Below are positions 13,050 to 29,760 of a stretch of DNA of 64,000 nucleotides, one piece after another. The first letter of the stretch is position 1. Each line of letters starts with the position of its first letter. The stretch is from the human T2T-CHM13v2.0 reference genome, Homo sapiens. The stretch lies in the NCBI RefSeq assembly GCF_009914755.1, contig NC_060926.1; one strand, 5' to 3'. A program made the translations under genes and the position numbers. The notes under the pieces were generated by a model. The model was not told where the DNA came from. It made no database searches and saw nothing but the letters and a program-made list of their open reading frames with translations.

Positions 13050-13531
13050 AAATGTGGTATTTTTTTGACATTCTTCAATCAAGAGGTAAAATTTATGTCC
13101 TCTTCCCTTGAAACTGGGTGGGCCCTTTTGGCAGGCTTGACAAATATAATGTGATCAAAGTAATGTTGTGTGACTTCTGAGGCTAACCAAGAAAAAGCCA
13201 CACACATTTGGTGTTTTGGGACAACGGGCCTGGTGGCAGCACAAAGCCTCATGTACGAAGTCCAACCACGGTGAGTGGTCATATGCAGAGACCACGTAAG
13301 GAGAGAGAGGGATGCCTGAGGAGACCTACATCAGATGCACGAATGAAAGAGCCTCCTGGGTGTCCCAGCCTCAGCTACTGTCTGACGGCTCCATCATGAG
13401 GTACCCTGAGCAAGAACTGGACTAGCTGAGTCCTGTCAATCCCCAGATTTGTGAGCAAAATGAATGATTGCTATTGATTTACGCCACTGTTTTGGGGTGG
13501 TTTGTTACACAAAAAATGAACAACTAGAACA
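13050..13531 (+). mobile_element. MLT1G/H-like MaLR LTR
   Basis: aatcaagaggtaaaatttatgtcctcttcccttgaaactggg...gtgacttctgaggcta...ccactgttttggggtggtttgttacac...aactagaaca. Confidence 0.75.
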
Positions 13532-14168
13532 CACAAATATCCCACTACTGTGCTTTCCTTATATGATCCTTATCCATTGACTTGGAAACAGGAAAAATCC
13601 AATGTTTACTATTTTCAACTTCCCCAGCTCTAAATATAATTTTCCATTAAATTACTGGAGAAAGTATGTCTTTGGTGACTATGTGGAACTATAGTTCATA
13701 TATGAATTTATATAAATAGACCTTGCCCTTTGCTATCAGAAAATTATAATCCGTGATGTATTAACCAATAAAAAGAATGTACATATATATAGATATAAAT
13801 TATCCAAATATTAATCAAATTCCTAGATTAAAGAAAGTGATTCATTATGTGTAGAAATAGGACAAAAGAAACTTTGTAGTGCTGAAAAATACAAATGTCT
13901 TAGGTGTTAAGAGCCTGAAGATAAATCACTATCCCAAGGAGGCATGAATGTAGAAAGAATGAAGAATGAGCCAGTGCCCACAGCTGTGGATGGGAACATA
14001 ACCCACAAGTCAGGCTACTGAAGAACCTCTTTCCTACCTAAGGTGTCCAGATGACACATACTTTTTGATATGTCATAGGGCTAACAAGCATTTAAAGAAC
14101 TAAAAGCTCATTAGCCTTTTCAAATATTAGTTTGTAACATATACATGTTTACTAATTGTTATAGTAAA

Positions 14169-14289
14169 TAGGTTACTGTTTACTATAGGTAAATAACAGT
14201 AATAGGTTACTATTCACTATAGGTAAATAACAGTAATAGGTTACTATTTACTATAGGTAAATAACAGTAATAGGTTACTATTTACTATA
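14169..14289. repeat. 34 bp tandem repeat, about 3.6 copies
   Basis: Unit taggttactatttactataggtaaataacagtaa starts at 14169, 14203, 14237 and 14271. Confidence 0.95.
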
Positions 14290-16934
14290 ACAATTAGTAA
14301 CCTAACTAATAGAGTAACCTATTTAACACTTGTTAGAGTCTAACTAATTGTTACTATTTACTCATTCTATTCATAGTCAAATATACTATTTTAATCGGTA
14401 TTATCTTTGAGCAGTTACTTAAAATGTTGTTAAAAATCAGCATTTTAATGTCATAGTTTGTATGTTACAATGACAATAATAGCATTCATCATAAAAACAT
14501 CAAAATATCCCATGCAAAAGCAATAGCAAAAAGTGATTATTTCTAATGTCCTCTTTTATAGATTATAGTTTCAGATTAAAGTAGAATAAGGTAAAATATA
14601 CATACACTTGTTCATATAATAGTCAAGATCTTTCAAATCTATTCAAAATAAAATATGAACTTAACAATCCATCTTTACATGTGTTGTAAGAATAGTTGTA
14701 TTATTTTTAAAATTAACTTTATAAAATGAACAAAAAATGAGAAAAATTTAAAATAATATCCATTCCTTTAAAAATATCTTACCAAAAATTGATACCTATG
14801 AACTTTAGTTTTCCTGTGCAAATCAATTTTAACTTGCACTATTGTATATGCTGTTGTATTTCATAAAATATTTTAATATAATCCTGTTGATTCTTTGTAT
14901 TTTCCTTAAACATTTAAAAATTGGCTGGTGAGATTGGCTCTCATCAAAAGTGTCTCTGAGTTCTCATTGATTGTTCTATTTTTGGTAGTAGCAAATTTAA
15001 ATAAAGACCAGTTTTTTTAAAACATGTAAAAATTTCTCACTTGAAAAATTGACATTAGCTTTTAAACCAAAATTTATTCTCAAACTAATTTTTAGATGAT
15101 ATCCTAAAACCCTTCTTTCATTCCTTACAGGCATGAATGAAATCTGTTTTATTAGATGAACAGGGGATTATTTATACCTGTAAAAATCACAAGGTGATAA
15201 ATTTGAATAACGTCAAAGTTTAAATACCACAACCAGTGTTAATTACCCATCCCCAAGTGATTATTAGAATTAAAAAAGGAAAATAAAAACTAGAACTTTC
15301 ATTCTTTGACATCTTGAGAGTATGAATTCTTCAGTAGAATAGTTAGTATAAGAGTGCCTCCAAGTGGCATTTGTCAAAATTCCACATCAAAAATTTAAAT
15401 ATCAGATCTGAAAGTTAAGCTTTAATAATAACAAACCCTGAAGGAAAGTTCTCACTCTTTTCTTTCTGCTTATTTATAATCTACTCTTCATATATATGAT
15501 TTCAGTTTATTATGAATCCCTATGTGTCATTAAATATCCACACTTCAGCTCCATTAATTCTCAGAATTCTAGGTAGTTTTTTAATACCTTAATTATGCTG
15601 CCTTGACACAGTGTTTTGGTGTGTAAGTAATTATTTCATTTCCATAAATTGTACAGTAGAATCTGTTTTGTTTAGCTGTACTATATCTTTCTTTTCAGTA
15701 TTCTCTTAGAATCTTTTCCATATTTGCTGGATTGTAGAGGATAAGAGGGACAAGAGACTTCTTTCTTAAACATAGAATCTTAGAGTTATAGGATAATGTA
15801 ATTCCATTACTCCAATTTTAACATTAAATCTAAGAATTTAAGAAATTTTCCCATGGCCATCCCGGTTAGTGACTAAATTAACAGAATCTGGTTCCCTGGA
15901 CTTTTCATTCAGTATTCTTTCAAATATGTTTACTATAACACTTAAAAGGGAGTTCTTCCCTATACCCCCAAAAAATGCACTTTTAGTACATGATCTTAAA
16001 ACTCAAACTCTAGAATATCAAATACAATTTAGAAACTGCCTAAGGCAAAACGTGTTCAGGGACTGACAAACTGATAGCTTCTCAATATATTTTGTTTCAA
16101 TTAATTAATATGTAGAGTTTTGGAATTACCTCAGTTTTATGTCACTGAAATGTTTAAATCAGTAGAGCAAAAATGATCTTAGGAACGTCATAAACAGGGT
16201 AATTGAACTTATACTGTAGAGACTGAGATGTATGTGTTTTGCAAAGGTGACACTTGTAGTGAAGCTCATTTTCAAACTAGTTTCATTTGTAAAAGCTATT
16301 TCCATTACTTTGCCACTTTTTCATAACATTTATTCTAAATTTCTTTTTTTACTGTTTATTTTCCCTTCTTCCATTTCATATAAATGATTCCAGTAAGGCA
16401 TTCTTCTCTCTTTTCCCAAAGGTGTCATATGGATGCTATTCTTTCCTAATTCTTATTCCTTTTTCACTTTTTAATTGCCTTTTATGGCACTTTTTCTCTC
16501 TCTCCTGCCACTTCATCTACAGCTTTTTTGGAATGAGTTAGCCAACATCAATAACAAAATTTAAAGTTCATTCTCTGAGGAGCTATAATGTAGATATATC
16601 TGGAGCATTAAGTATAGAAAAGTGCATGTAGATTTTCAGATAGATATGTAGATTTCTGTGTATGTATAATTTGAACTACTAACTTTTTAAACCTTTGAAT
16701 GTAATGCTGTAATATCTATGGAGCTGTTATCCTGCAAAATTAGAATACAGTGTTTTAATTTAATAGTTACTCTTACCTATTTCCAGACTGCCTTTAAAAG
16801 ATTGAACTCACAAGCTATAGTTTCCATTATTTTCTTCAGCTACATCCCATTGGAAAAATTAAATGTGTTTTAACTTTCTTGCCAAGATTCTACTTGTTTA
16901 AGATAGTTTCCAGCAGTGACCTTTTTTTAAGTGG

Positions 16935-17180
16935 TGTTTTTAGTATCTGCCAATCTGAGTTCATGTCAGAATGTCATTAGTGTGCTATTCACTCCGTCTC
17001 TCAGATCATTAATGAGGTTTCAAGTAAGACCAGGCTGACATACATCGCTATGACACTCAGCGAACATGACACTGTTTACCATCACTCTTTGATTCAAGCC
17101 CATCGCCCAGATTTTAAACATTATGACAATACTCAATGCAAAGCCTGTTTAAATTAACTTCTCTGAATAAAATTTCCAGC
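16935..17180 (-). mobile_element. Ancient CR1/L3 LINE RT-region relic
   Basis: tatctgccaat...tcagatcattaatgagg...aagaccaggctga...accatcactctttgattcaagccc...ccag follows the antisense of the CR1/L3 RT region. Confidence 0.45.
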
Positions 17181-18834
17181 TGAAATTTAATGAGATACAA
17201 CAAAACATGGCTATATTTAATACAATAAAATTTTCAACATGTCTACAGCTGTTAATCTTGTTTATTTCTCCCATGATTAACTATTCATATGTTTATTTTT
17301 CCCATAGTGAGTCTGTCAGATATTTTCCTTGATATTTGCATCAATTTTGTTAGTGATACATATGAACTTTCATAAATACTTCAATACTTGTTGGTCTGGT
17401 AAAGATTATTTAACTTTTTACATTGAAGCCAAATAAATTCAGATGGTGTACATATATAAGAACAAAATACATTTAATTATAGAATCCAAGTTAATATTTT
17501 ATGAAATTTTTGATAACTTATTCCCAGAATTGGAGCAAGTGATAAACTAAAAATGAGTAAACTATATATTTTTTTGGTTTTATGTTAATTAAATACAGCA
17601 ATAGACAAAATCATTCTTAAAAGATGAAAATCCCCACAAATCTATAAATTAAACTGTTATAAGATATTTTATTAGGTCTAATAATAATTTATTTATATTT
17701 GCCTGCTTTATAATGACATCTGACTATCTGCTTTTCAACCAGTTGTCAATATTTTATGCTACATATAGGGAAAGTTATAAAATTATCTATATGTTTAATT
17801 CACTTTAACTGGGAATAATCAAGGAAAATAATGTAAAAATGAAGGTAATCAGAAACATCTGCATTTGAAAATTATGGTTGCTAGAAACTATTGAATAATC
17901 ACTATTTGGTGATTGGTCCACAAAAGTCCTAAAATGTGTATGTATACTATATCATCCTAGCTAGATTGAAAAACACTGAAGGCAGGCATACATGCTATTC
18001 AGTAATAAACACTAACTCAATATTTCCCACAAAATAAATATTATTTTCTAACTGACTGATGTTAAGGAGCTGTATTACCCACAACAGTATGGTCCTTGTG
18101 ATAAATTGCTTCAGAATTACCAGATTTTGTCTGTCAATAACTGAAATAGAATCTCTGAGATGGGGCCAACTACAAGCTGTCCAGATGAGTTGTTTGCAGT
18201 CAACAGTGCTTGAGAACCATTGTCCCATAAACAACATAAGCAACAAGAAAATAAATGAAAGAAAAAAACAATATTTAGATGCTCTCCAAAGGCACATGAT
18301 GAAAAAACTGAAGCAACATTTGTATTGAGCTAAGAGACAATTACTTCAAAGAATGTTTTTGAATTGGTTATCAGCATTAATAAAGTCTGATGGCCAGACA
18401 ATTGCTCGATTTGCCTGATTATGTCACCTATGTTGACTGAATATGATATACAGTATAAGCTATTTAATCACATAATCAAGGTGTCAGATTATAAACAATA
18501 TGCCACAAATTAAAATGAAAGTGAAATAGCTAAAAAATCAAAAAATATTTATGTTTATTACTTTAATAAATTTCTGTTTGTCTCTTATGTTTAACCAAGG
18601 TTTAGATACATTCATATTGGTAAAATTGATGCCAACCATTGATCTAGAAACCTAAGTCAAAACACCTTCCACAAAAAAGGACTCTAAATCTTTTGACTAA
18701 CTGCTTTTATATTTCAAAATTAATATTCCCAAATGGAAGCTACCTGATTTCTCTATTAAATTAGGATAAATGTACAGTGCAAATTTAAGAACATGTTTTA
18801 TTAGTTAATACTGTATGCTTGAGAGGAATTGTGG

Positions 18835-19071
18835 AGGCAACATGGTTTAGTGAAGAGTGTGGATTTAAAGAAGGATACATTTATGTTTTAATTTTCATTA
18901 TAGAGCTTGTTGGTGCATGACTTAAGCCATGTTATTTTAACTTGTCTTTTCTAAAACAAAATAATAAAACTTACATGGAGTGGGGAGGGGTTCCAACACA
19001 AAACGTGATTAAATTGAATCATAATACAATGTCTCAAATCTAGTGGAGTCTTCACAAATGGTTGCTATTAC
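18835..19071 (+). mobile_element. MIR SINE
   Basis: gaggcaacatggtttagtgaagagtgtggattt...gcatgacttaagcc...cacaaatggttgctattac. Confidence 0.6.
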
Positions 19072-19398
19072 TTTCAATCTATATAACTTTTTTTTTTTAA
19101 AGAAACATAACTTTGTTATTTCTTTTTATTTTTCTTACTTTTACTATGGCTTTCATTCTTTGTGTGTGTGTGTGTGTGTTTCTTTTTTTTTTTATTATAC
19201 TTTAAGTTTTAGGGTACATGTGCACATTGTGCAGGTTAGTTACATATGTATACATGTGCCATGCTGGTGTGCTGCACCCACTAACTCGTCATCTACCATT
19301 AGGTATATCTCCCAGTGCTATCCCTCCCCCCTCCCCCCACCCCACCACAGTTCCCAGAGTGTGATATTCCCCTTCCTGTGACCACGTGATCTCATTGT

Positions 19399-23227
<3,829 letters not shown>

Positions 23228-23290
23228 TATGATGTTAGCTGGTGATTTTGCTTGTTAGTTGATGCAGTTTCTTCCTGGTCTCGATGGTCT

Positions 23291-24307
23291 TTACATTTTG
23301 GCATGATTTTGCAGCGGCTGGTACCGGATGTTCCTTTCCATGTTTAGCGCTTCCTTCAGGAGCTCTTTTAGGGCAGGCCTGGTGGTGACAAAATCTCTCA
23401 GCATTTGCTTGTCTGTAAAGTATTTTATTTCTCCTTCCCTTATGAAGCTTAGTTTGGCTGGATATGAAATTCTGGGTTGAAAATTCTTTTCTTTGAGAAT
23501 GTTGAATATTGGCCCCCACTCTCTTCTGGCTTGTAGGGTTTCTGCCGAGAGATCCGCTGTTAGTCTGATGGGCTTCCCTTTGAGGGTAACCCGACCTTTC
23601 TCTCTGGCTGCCCTTAACATTTTTTCCTTCATTTCAACTTTGGTGAATCTGACAATTATGTGTCTTGGAGTTGCTCTTCTCGAGGAGTATCTTTGTGGCG
23701 TTCTCTGTATTTCCTGAATCTGAACGTTGGCCTGCCTTGCTAGATTGGGGAAGTTCTCCTGGATAATATCCTGCAGAGTGTTTTCCAACTTGGTTCCATG
23801 CTCCCCATCACTTTCAGGTACACCAATCAGATGTAGATTTGGTCTTTTCACATAGTCCCATATTTCTTGGAGGCTTTGCTCGTTTCTTTTTATTCTTTTT
23901 TCTCTAAACTTCCCTTCTTGCTTCATTTCATTCACTTCATCTTCCATTGCTGATACCCTTTCTTCCAGTTGATCGCACCGGCTCCTGAGGCTTCAGCATT
24001 CTTCACGTAGTTCTCGAGCCTTGGTTTTCAGCTCCATCAGCTCCTTTAAGCACTTCTCTGTATTGGTTATTCTAGTTATACAATCTTCTAAATTTTTTTC
24101 AAAGTTTTCAACTTCTTTGCCTTTGGTTTGAATGTCCTCCCGTAGCTCAGAGTAATTTGATCGTCTGAAGCCTTCTTCTCTCAGCTCGTCAAAGTCATTC
24201 GCCATCCAGCTTTGTTCCGTTGCTGGTGAGGAACTGCGTTCCTTTGGAGGAGGAGAGGCGCTCTGCGTTTTAGAGTTTCCAGTTTTTCTGTTCTGTTTTT
24301 TCCCCAT
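23291..24307 (-). pseudogene. ORF1: L1 ORF1p, disrupted by one in-frame stop at codon 105
   Basis: MGKKQNRKTGNSK...ARELREEC* continues in frame to MEDE...QNHAKM; 1017 nt in total, matching canonical length. Confidence 0.95.
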
Positions 24308-25213
24308 CTTTGTGGTTTTATCTACTTTTGGTCTTTGATGATGGTGATGTACAGATGGGTTTTTGGTGTGGATGTCCTTTCTGTTTGTTAGTTTTCCTTC
24401 TAACAGACAGGACCCTCAGCTGCAGGTCCGTTGGAATACCCTGCCGTGTGAGGTGTCAGTGTGCCCCTGCTGGGGGGTGCCTCCCAGTTAGGCTGCTCGG
24501 GGGTCAGGGGTCAGGGACCCACTTGAGGAGGCAGTCTGCCTGTTCTCAGATCTCCAGCTGTGTGCTGGGAGAACCACTGCTCTCTTCAAAGCTGTCAGAC
24601 AGGGACATTTAAGTCTGCAGAGGTTACTGCTGTCTTTTTGTTTGTCTGTGCCCTGCCCACAGAGGTGGAGCCTACAGAGGCAGGCAGGCCTCCCTGGGCT
24701 GTGGTGGGCTCCACTCAGTTCTCACATCCCCGCTGCTTTGTTTACCTAAGCAAGCCTGGGCAATGGCGGGCACCCCTCCCCCAGCCTCGCCGCCGCCTTG
24801 CAGTTTGATCTCAGACTGCTGTGCTAGCAATCAGCGAGACTCCGTGGGCGTAGGACCCTCCAAGCCAGGTGCCGGATATAATCTCATGGTGCGCCGTTTT
24901 TTAAGCCGGTCAGAAAAGCGCAATATTCGGGTGGGAGTGACCCAATTTTCCAGGTGCGTCCGTCACCCCTTTCTTTGACTCGGAAAGGGAACTCCCTGAC
25001 CCCTTGCGCTTCCCAAGTGAGGCAATGCCTCGCCCTGTTTTGGCTCGCACACGGTGCGTGCACCCACTGACCTGCGCCCACTGTCTGGCACTCCCTAGTG
25101 AGATGAACCCGGTACCTGAGACGGAAATGCAGAAATCACCCGTCTTCTGCATCGCTCACGCTGGGAGCTGTAGACCGGAGCTGTTCCTATTCGGCCATCT
25201 TGGCTCCTCTCTC
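24308..25213 (-). promoter_or_regulatory. L1PA2 5'UTR: sense and antisense promoter, CpG-rich, YY1 site
   Basis: The most CpG-dense stretch of the window; YY1 motif CAAGATGGC on the minus strand at about 25194-25202. Confidence 0.8.
24763..24978 (+). CDS. ORF0: L1 antisense ORF0, 71 aa, intact
   Basis: MAGTPPPASPPPCSLISDCCASNQRDSVGVGP...RCVRHPFL matches the 71-aa primate L1 ORF0. Confidence 0.85.
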   Translation: MAGTPPPASPPPCSLISDCCASNQRDSVGVGPSKPGAGYNLMVRRFLSRSEKRNIRVGVTQFSRCVRHPFL

Positions 25214-26492
25214 CTATATAACTTAAAGTAATTACAGTGATAAGAACCTAAAGAGACTACAGTTGAGCTTCGGGTTGCAGAGAACAATTGAGATTCTTCT
25301 CTAGTGTAATTAAACACATAACTCTCTTTTATGTGAACAGGATTCATTGAGTTCAAAATTCCTTATTTGCTCCCATAAAAATTTGTGATTCATGATTTTG
25401 TTCCAGCAGAAATGCTACATAGAGGAAGAGGCAGATGTCAGGGAAATCTGTGTACGTCCTGTGAATTGTAGCCTTTGGAGTGAGTACTTGAAAAGAAAAA
25501 AAAACTGGTTTTGATTAGAGAACCATGGGGAAAAAGGTCCCTTCTGCAATGATGCAAATAGGTTATCTAATGTTTTAATTATTAAATGACTGAAAATTTG
25601 CTGCTGGAATGTTTACACCTAGCTAAGAGGATGCTGAACTAAATAATGCACACCACTTTGGTGTGAGTCTTTAAAAATTATTGTTGATAAACAGATTGAA
25701 TCAAAATAACTGATACTTAGAAGTTGTAAATTGCTTCTGCTCATGATGCTGCAAAGGTGTTCAATAGAAATGAAATTAATAAGACCTACATTACAGAACT
25801 TATCTCAGCATTTAATCAATGTGCTGAGTACCTACAGTATATAATAACAAGACAGTAGGCATTTTCAAATATTGAAAATACAAAAAATGTACCTTAATCT
25901 TACCTTCAAAATTGTACAATTTATCCAGGTTTATATTAATACTTGTAAAACATGTAGAAAACAATATAAAAACTCTTCCTACATAGAAATACTATAGGAA
26001 TTTGAAAGAAAAGATTTATAGGGTGTAACTTGGGAAAGCTTTATGAGGAGATGAGACCTTTAATTAGTTGTGAGTTTTACATAAAAATGTGGACAAAGTC
26101 AAACATTTTTAAGTCTTGGTTTTATTTCTGGAGTTTGTACTTACATTCACATTTCTAAGAGTCTTTCAGAAATGTACAATTTGGAGTACCAATTGACTCT
26201 AAGAGATTCTTGAATCAAGCATTACAAAGTATAAATTGTGAGCCAACAGATTTAATGAAGAATAAATAATTATTCGAGGTCAACCAAAAAAGTTAGAATA
26301 AACTAAGTTAATGGACGAGTGGCAAGAACAGAAAACAATATAACAGAAGTGAAATTCATAATTCCAAGATACATCAAGTAGTATTACTCTAAGACCAAAT
26401 TCCAATTACAGGATAAATTAAATACTCTAAATATGCAAAGAAAGAAAGGCAAACAAAACAGTAAGAAGAGAAATTTAAAACATTAATAAAAA

Positions 26493-26796
26493 TTTTATTT
26501 TACTTGTTATTTTTTATTTTTTGAGACAGTTTCACTCTGTCACCCAGGCTGGAGTGCAGTGGCAAAATCATAGTTCACTGCAGCCTTAATCTCCCCAGCT
26601 CAAGCAATCCTCCTGCTGCAGCCTCCTGAGTAGCTGGAACTGTAGGTGAATGTCACCGTACCTGGGTAATTATTTTATTTTGTGTAGACACATGGTCTCA
26701 CTTTGTTGCCAAGGCTGAACTCGAGGGCTCAAGCAATTCTCCTGCCTTGACCTCTGAAAGTACTGGGATTATAGGTGTGAGCCACCATGCCCCACC
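26493..26796 (-). mobile_element. AluJ
   Basis: gagacagtttcactctgtcacccaggctggagtgcagtggc...ctcaagcaatcctcctg...gtgagccaccatgccc. Confidence 0.92.
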
Positions 26797-26822
26797 AAAT
26801 ATATTTTAAAAAGCAAATCCAA

Positions 26823-29760
26823 GGAGGAGCCAAGATGACCAAATAGAAACAGCTCCAGTCTGCAGCTCCGAGCAAGACCAATGCAGAAGGTGGGTGATTT
26901 CTGCATTTCCAACTGAGGTACGCAGTTCATCTCATTGGGACTGGTTAGTCAGTGGGTGCAATTCACACAGAGCAAGCAGAAGCAATGTGGAGCGTCATTT
27001 CACCTGGCAAGTGCAAGGAGCCAAGGGACCACCCTCCCCCATCCAAGTGAAGCCGTGAGGGACTGTGCTACCTGTCCGGGTACTATGCTTTTCCCATGGA
27101 TTTTTGCAATACGCAGGTCCGGAGATTCCCTCCTGAGCCTACACCACCAGGGCCCTGGATTTCAAGCACAAAACTGGGCAGTTGTTCAGGAAGACACCGA
27201 GCTAGCTGCAGAAGTTTTTTTTTTCGTACCCCAGTGGTATCTGGAACCCCAGTGAGACAGGAGAACTGTCCACTCCCCTGGAAAGGAGGCTGAAGCCAGG
27301 GAGCCAATCCCACTCCCATGGAGCCCAGCAAGCAAAGATCCACTGGTTTGAAATTCTCACTCCCAACACAGCAGTCTGGAGTCGACCCGGGAAGATACAG
27401 CTTGGTGCGGGAAGGGGCATCCGCCGTTACTGAGGCTTGAGTAGGCGGTTTTCCCCTGACAGCACTAAGGAGACTGGGTGGTTTGGACTGGGCAGAAGTA
27501 ACCACAGTGCGGCAAAGCGGCTGTGGCCTGACTGCCTCTCTAGATTCCTCCTCATGGGGAAGGAATCTCTGAAGGAAAGACAGCAGCCCCAGTCAGGGGC
27601 TTACAGGTAAAACTCCCATCTCCCTAGGACAGAGTACCTGGGAAGGGGCAGCTGTGGACACAGCTTAAGCGGACTTATCTTTCCTCCCTGCCAGCTCTGA
27701 AGAGAGCAGCTGATCCTGACAAGGGGGATTCCCCCACACAGCACACCAGCACTGCTAAGGGACAGACTGCCTCCTCAAGTGGGTCTCTGACTCCTGTGCC
27801 ACCTGACTGGGAGAGACCTCCCAACAGGGGTCGACAGATACCTCATACATTAGAGGTCTGGCTGGCATCAGGCCGGTGCCCCTCTGCGACGAAGCTTCCA
27901 GAGGAAGGAGCAAGCAGCAATCTTTGCTGTTCTGCAGGCTTTACTGGTGATAACCAGGCAAAGAGGGTCTGGAGTGGACCTCCAGCAAACTGCAGCAGAC
28001 CTGCAGAAGAGGGACCTGACTGTTCGAAGAAAAACTAGCAAACAGAAAGCAAAAACAACAACATCAACAAAAAAGACCCCATACACAAAAACCACATCCA
28101 AAGACCATCAGCCTCAAAGATCAAAAGTAGATAAATCCAAAAATATGATGAAAAATCAGCTCAAAAAAATCGCTGAAAATTCCAAAAGTTGAATACCTCT
28201 TGTCCTCCAAATGATCACAACACTGCTCCAGCAAGAGTGCAAAACTGGATGGAGAATGAGATTGATGAATTGACAGAAGCAGGCTTCAGAAGGTAGCTAA
28301 TAGCAAACTCCTCTGAGTTAAAGGAGCATGTTCTAACCCAATGCAAGGAAGCTAAGAACCTCGAAAAAAGGTTACAGGAACTGCTAACTAGAATAACCAG
28401 TTTAGAAAGGAACATAAATGACCTGATGGAGCCGAAAAACACGGCAAGAGAACTTTATGAAGCATACAGAAGTATCAATAGCCGAATCAATCAAGCAGAA
28501 GAAAAGATACCAGAAATTGAAGACCACTTTGCTGAAATAAAGTGTGAAGACAAGATTAGAGAAAAAAGAATGAAAAGGAACAAACAAAGCCTACAGGAAA
28601 TATGGTACTATGTGAAAAGACCAAATCTGCAATTGATTGGTGTACCTGAAAGTGATGGGGAGAATGGGACCAAGTTGGAAAGCATACTTCAGGATATTAT
28701 CCAAAAGAACTTCCCCAACCTAGCAAGACAGGTCAATATTCAAATTCAAGAACTACAGAGAACACCACTAAGTTAATCCACAAGAAGATCAACCCCAAGA
28801 CACATAATCATCAGATTCTCCAAGGTTGAAATGAAGGAAAAAAATGTTAAGGGCAGCCAGAGAGAAAGGTCAGGTCACCCACAGAGAAGCCCATCAGAAT
28901 AACAGTGTATCTCTCTGCAGAAACCCTAAAAGCCAGAAGAGAGTGGGGACCAATATTCAACATTATTATAGAAAAGAATTTTCATTCCAGAATTTCATAT
29001 CCAGCCAAAGTAAGCTTCATAAGTGAAGGAGAAATACAATCCTGTCCAGACAAGCAAATGCTGAGGAATTATGTCATCACCAGGCCTGCCTTGAAAGAGC
29101 TCCTGAAGGAAGCACTAAATACGAAAAGGAAAAACTGGTACCAGCCACTGCAAAAACACACCAAAATATAAAGACCAATGACACTGTGAAGAAACTGCAA
29201 CAACTAATATGCAAAATTACCAGCTAGCATCCTGATGACAGGATCAACTTCACACATAACAATATTAACCTTAAAGGTAAACGGGCTAAATGCCCCAATT
29301 AAAAGACACAAACTGGCAAATTGAATGAAGAGTCAAGACCCATCAGTGTGCCGTATTTAGGATACCCATCTCAGGTGCAAAGACAAACATAGGCTCAAAA
29401 TAAAGGGATGGAGGAATATTTACCAAGCAAAAAAAAAAAAAAAAAAAAAAAGCCATCATTCTCAATGAACTAACACAGGAACAGAAAACCAAACACTGCA
29501 AGTTCTCACTCATAAGTGGGAGTTCAACAATGAGGACACATGGACACAGGGAGGGAATCATCACATACCAGGGCCTGTCAGGGAATGGGGTGCAAGGGGA
29601 GGGAAAGCATTAGGACAAATACCTAAGGCATGCAGGGCTTAAAGCCTAGATGACAGGTTGATAGGTGCAGCAAACCACCACAGCACATGTATACCTATGT
29701 AACAAACCTGCATGTTCTGCACATGTATCCTGGAACTTAAAGTAAAATTTAAAAAATAAA
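26823..29760 (+). mobile_element. L1PA8-like LINE-1: 5'UTR, broken ORF1, ORF2 internally deleted by ~3.5 kb, 3'UTR
   Basis: Starts ggaggagccaagatgacc. ORF1 remnants span 28145-29171. ORF2 ATG at 29235 runs to an A23 tract (29429-29451), then the ORF2 end and an L1PA8-type 3'UTR (gcattaggacaaatacctaa...cttaaagtaaaat). Confidence 0.9.

Noticed and set aside
14169-14289. CRISPR-like regular 34 bp periodicity
   Set aside because: Head-to-tail repeats with no unique spacers, no cas genes, and primate DNA.
15108-15200. Strong plus-strand acceptor cccttctttcattccttacag|g
   Set aside because: Only a weak downstream donor (aag|gtgata) and no recognisable coding content.
17995-18328. Overlapping 100 aa and 89 aa ORFs in non-repeat DNA
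   Set aside because: No recognisable domain or splice context; lengths are within chance expectation.
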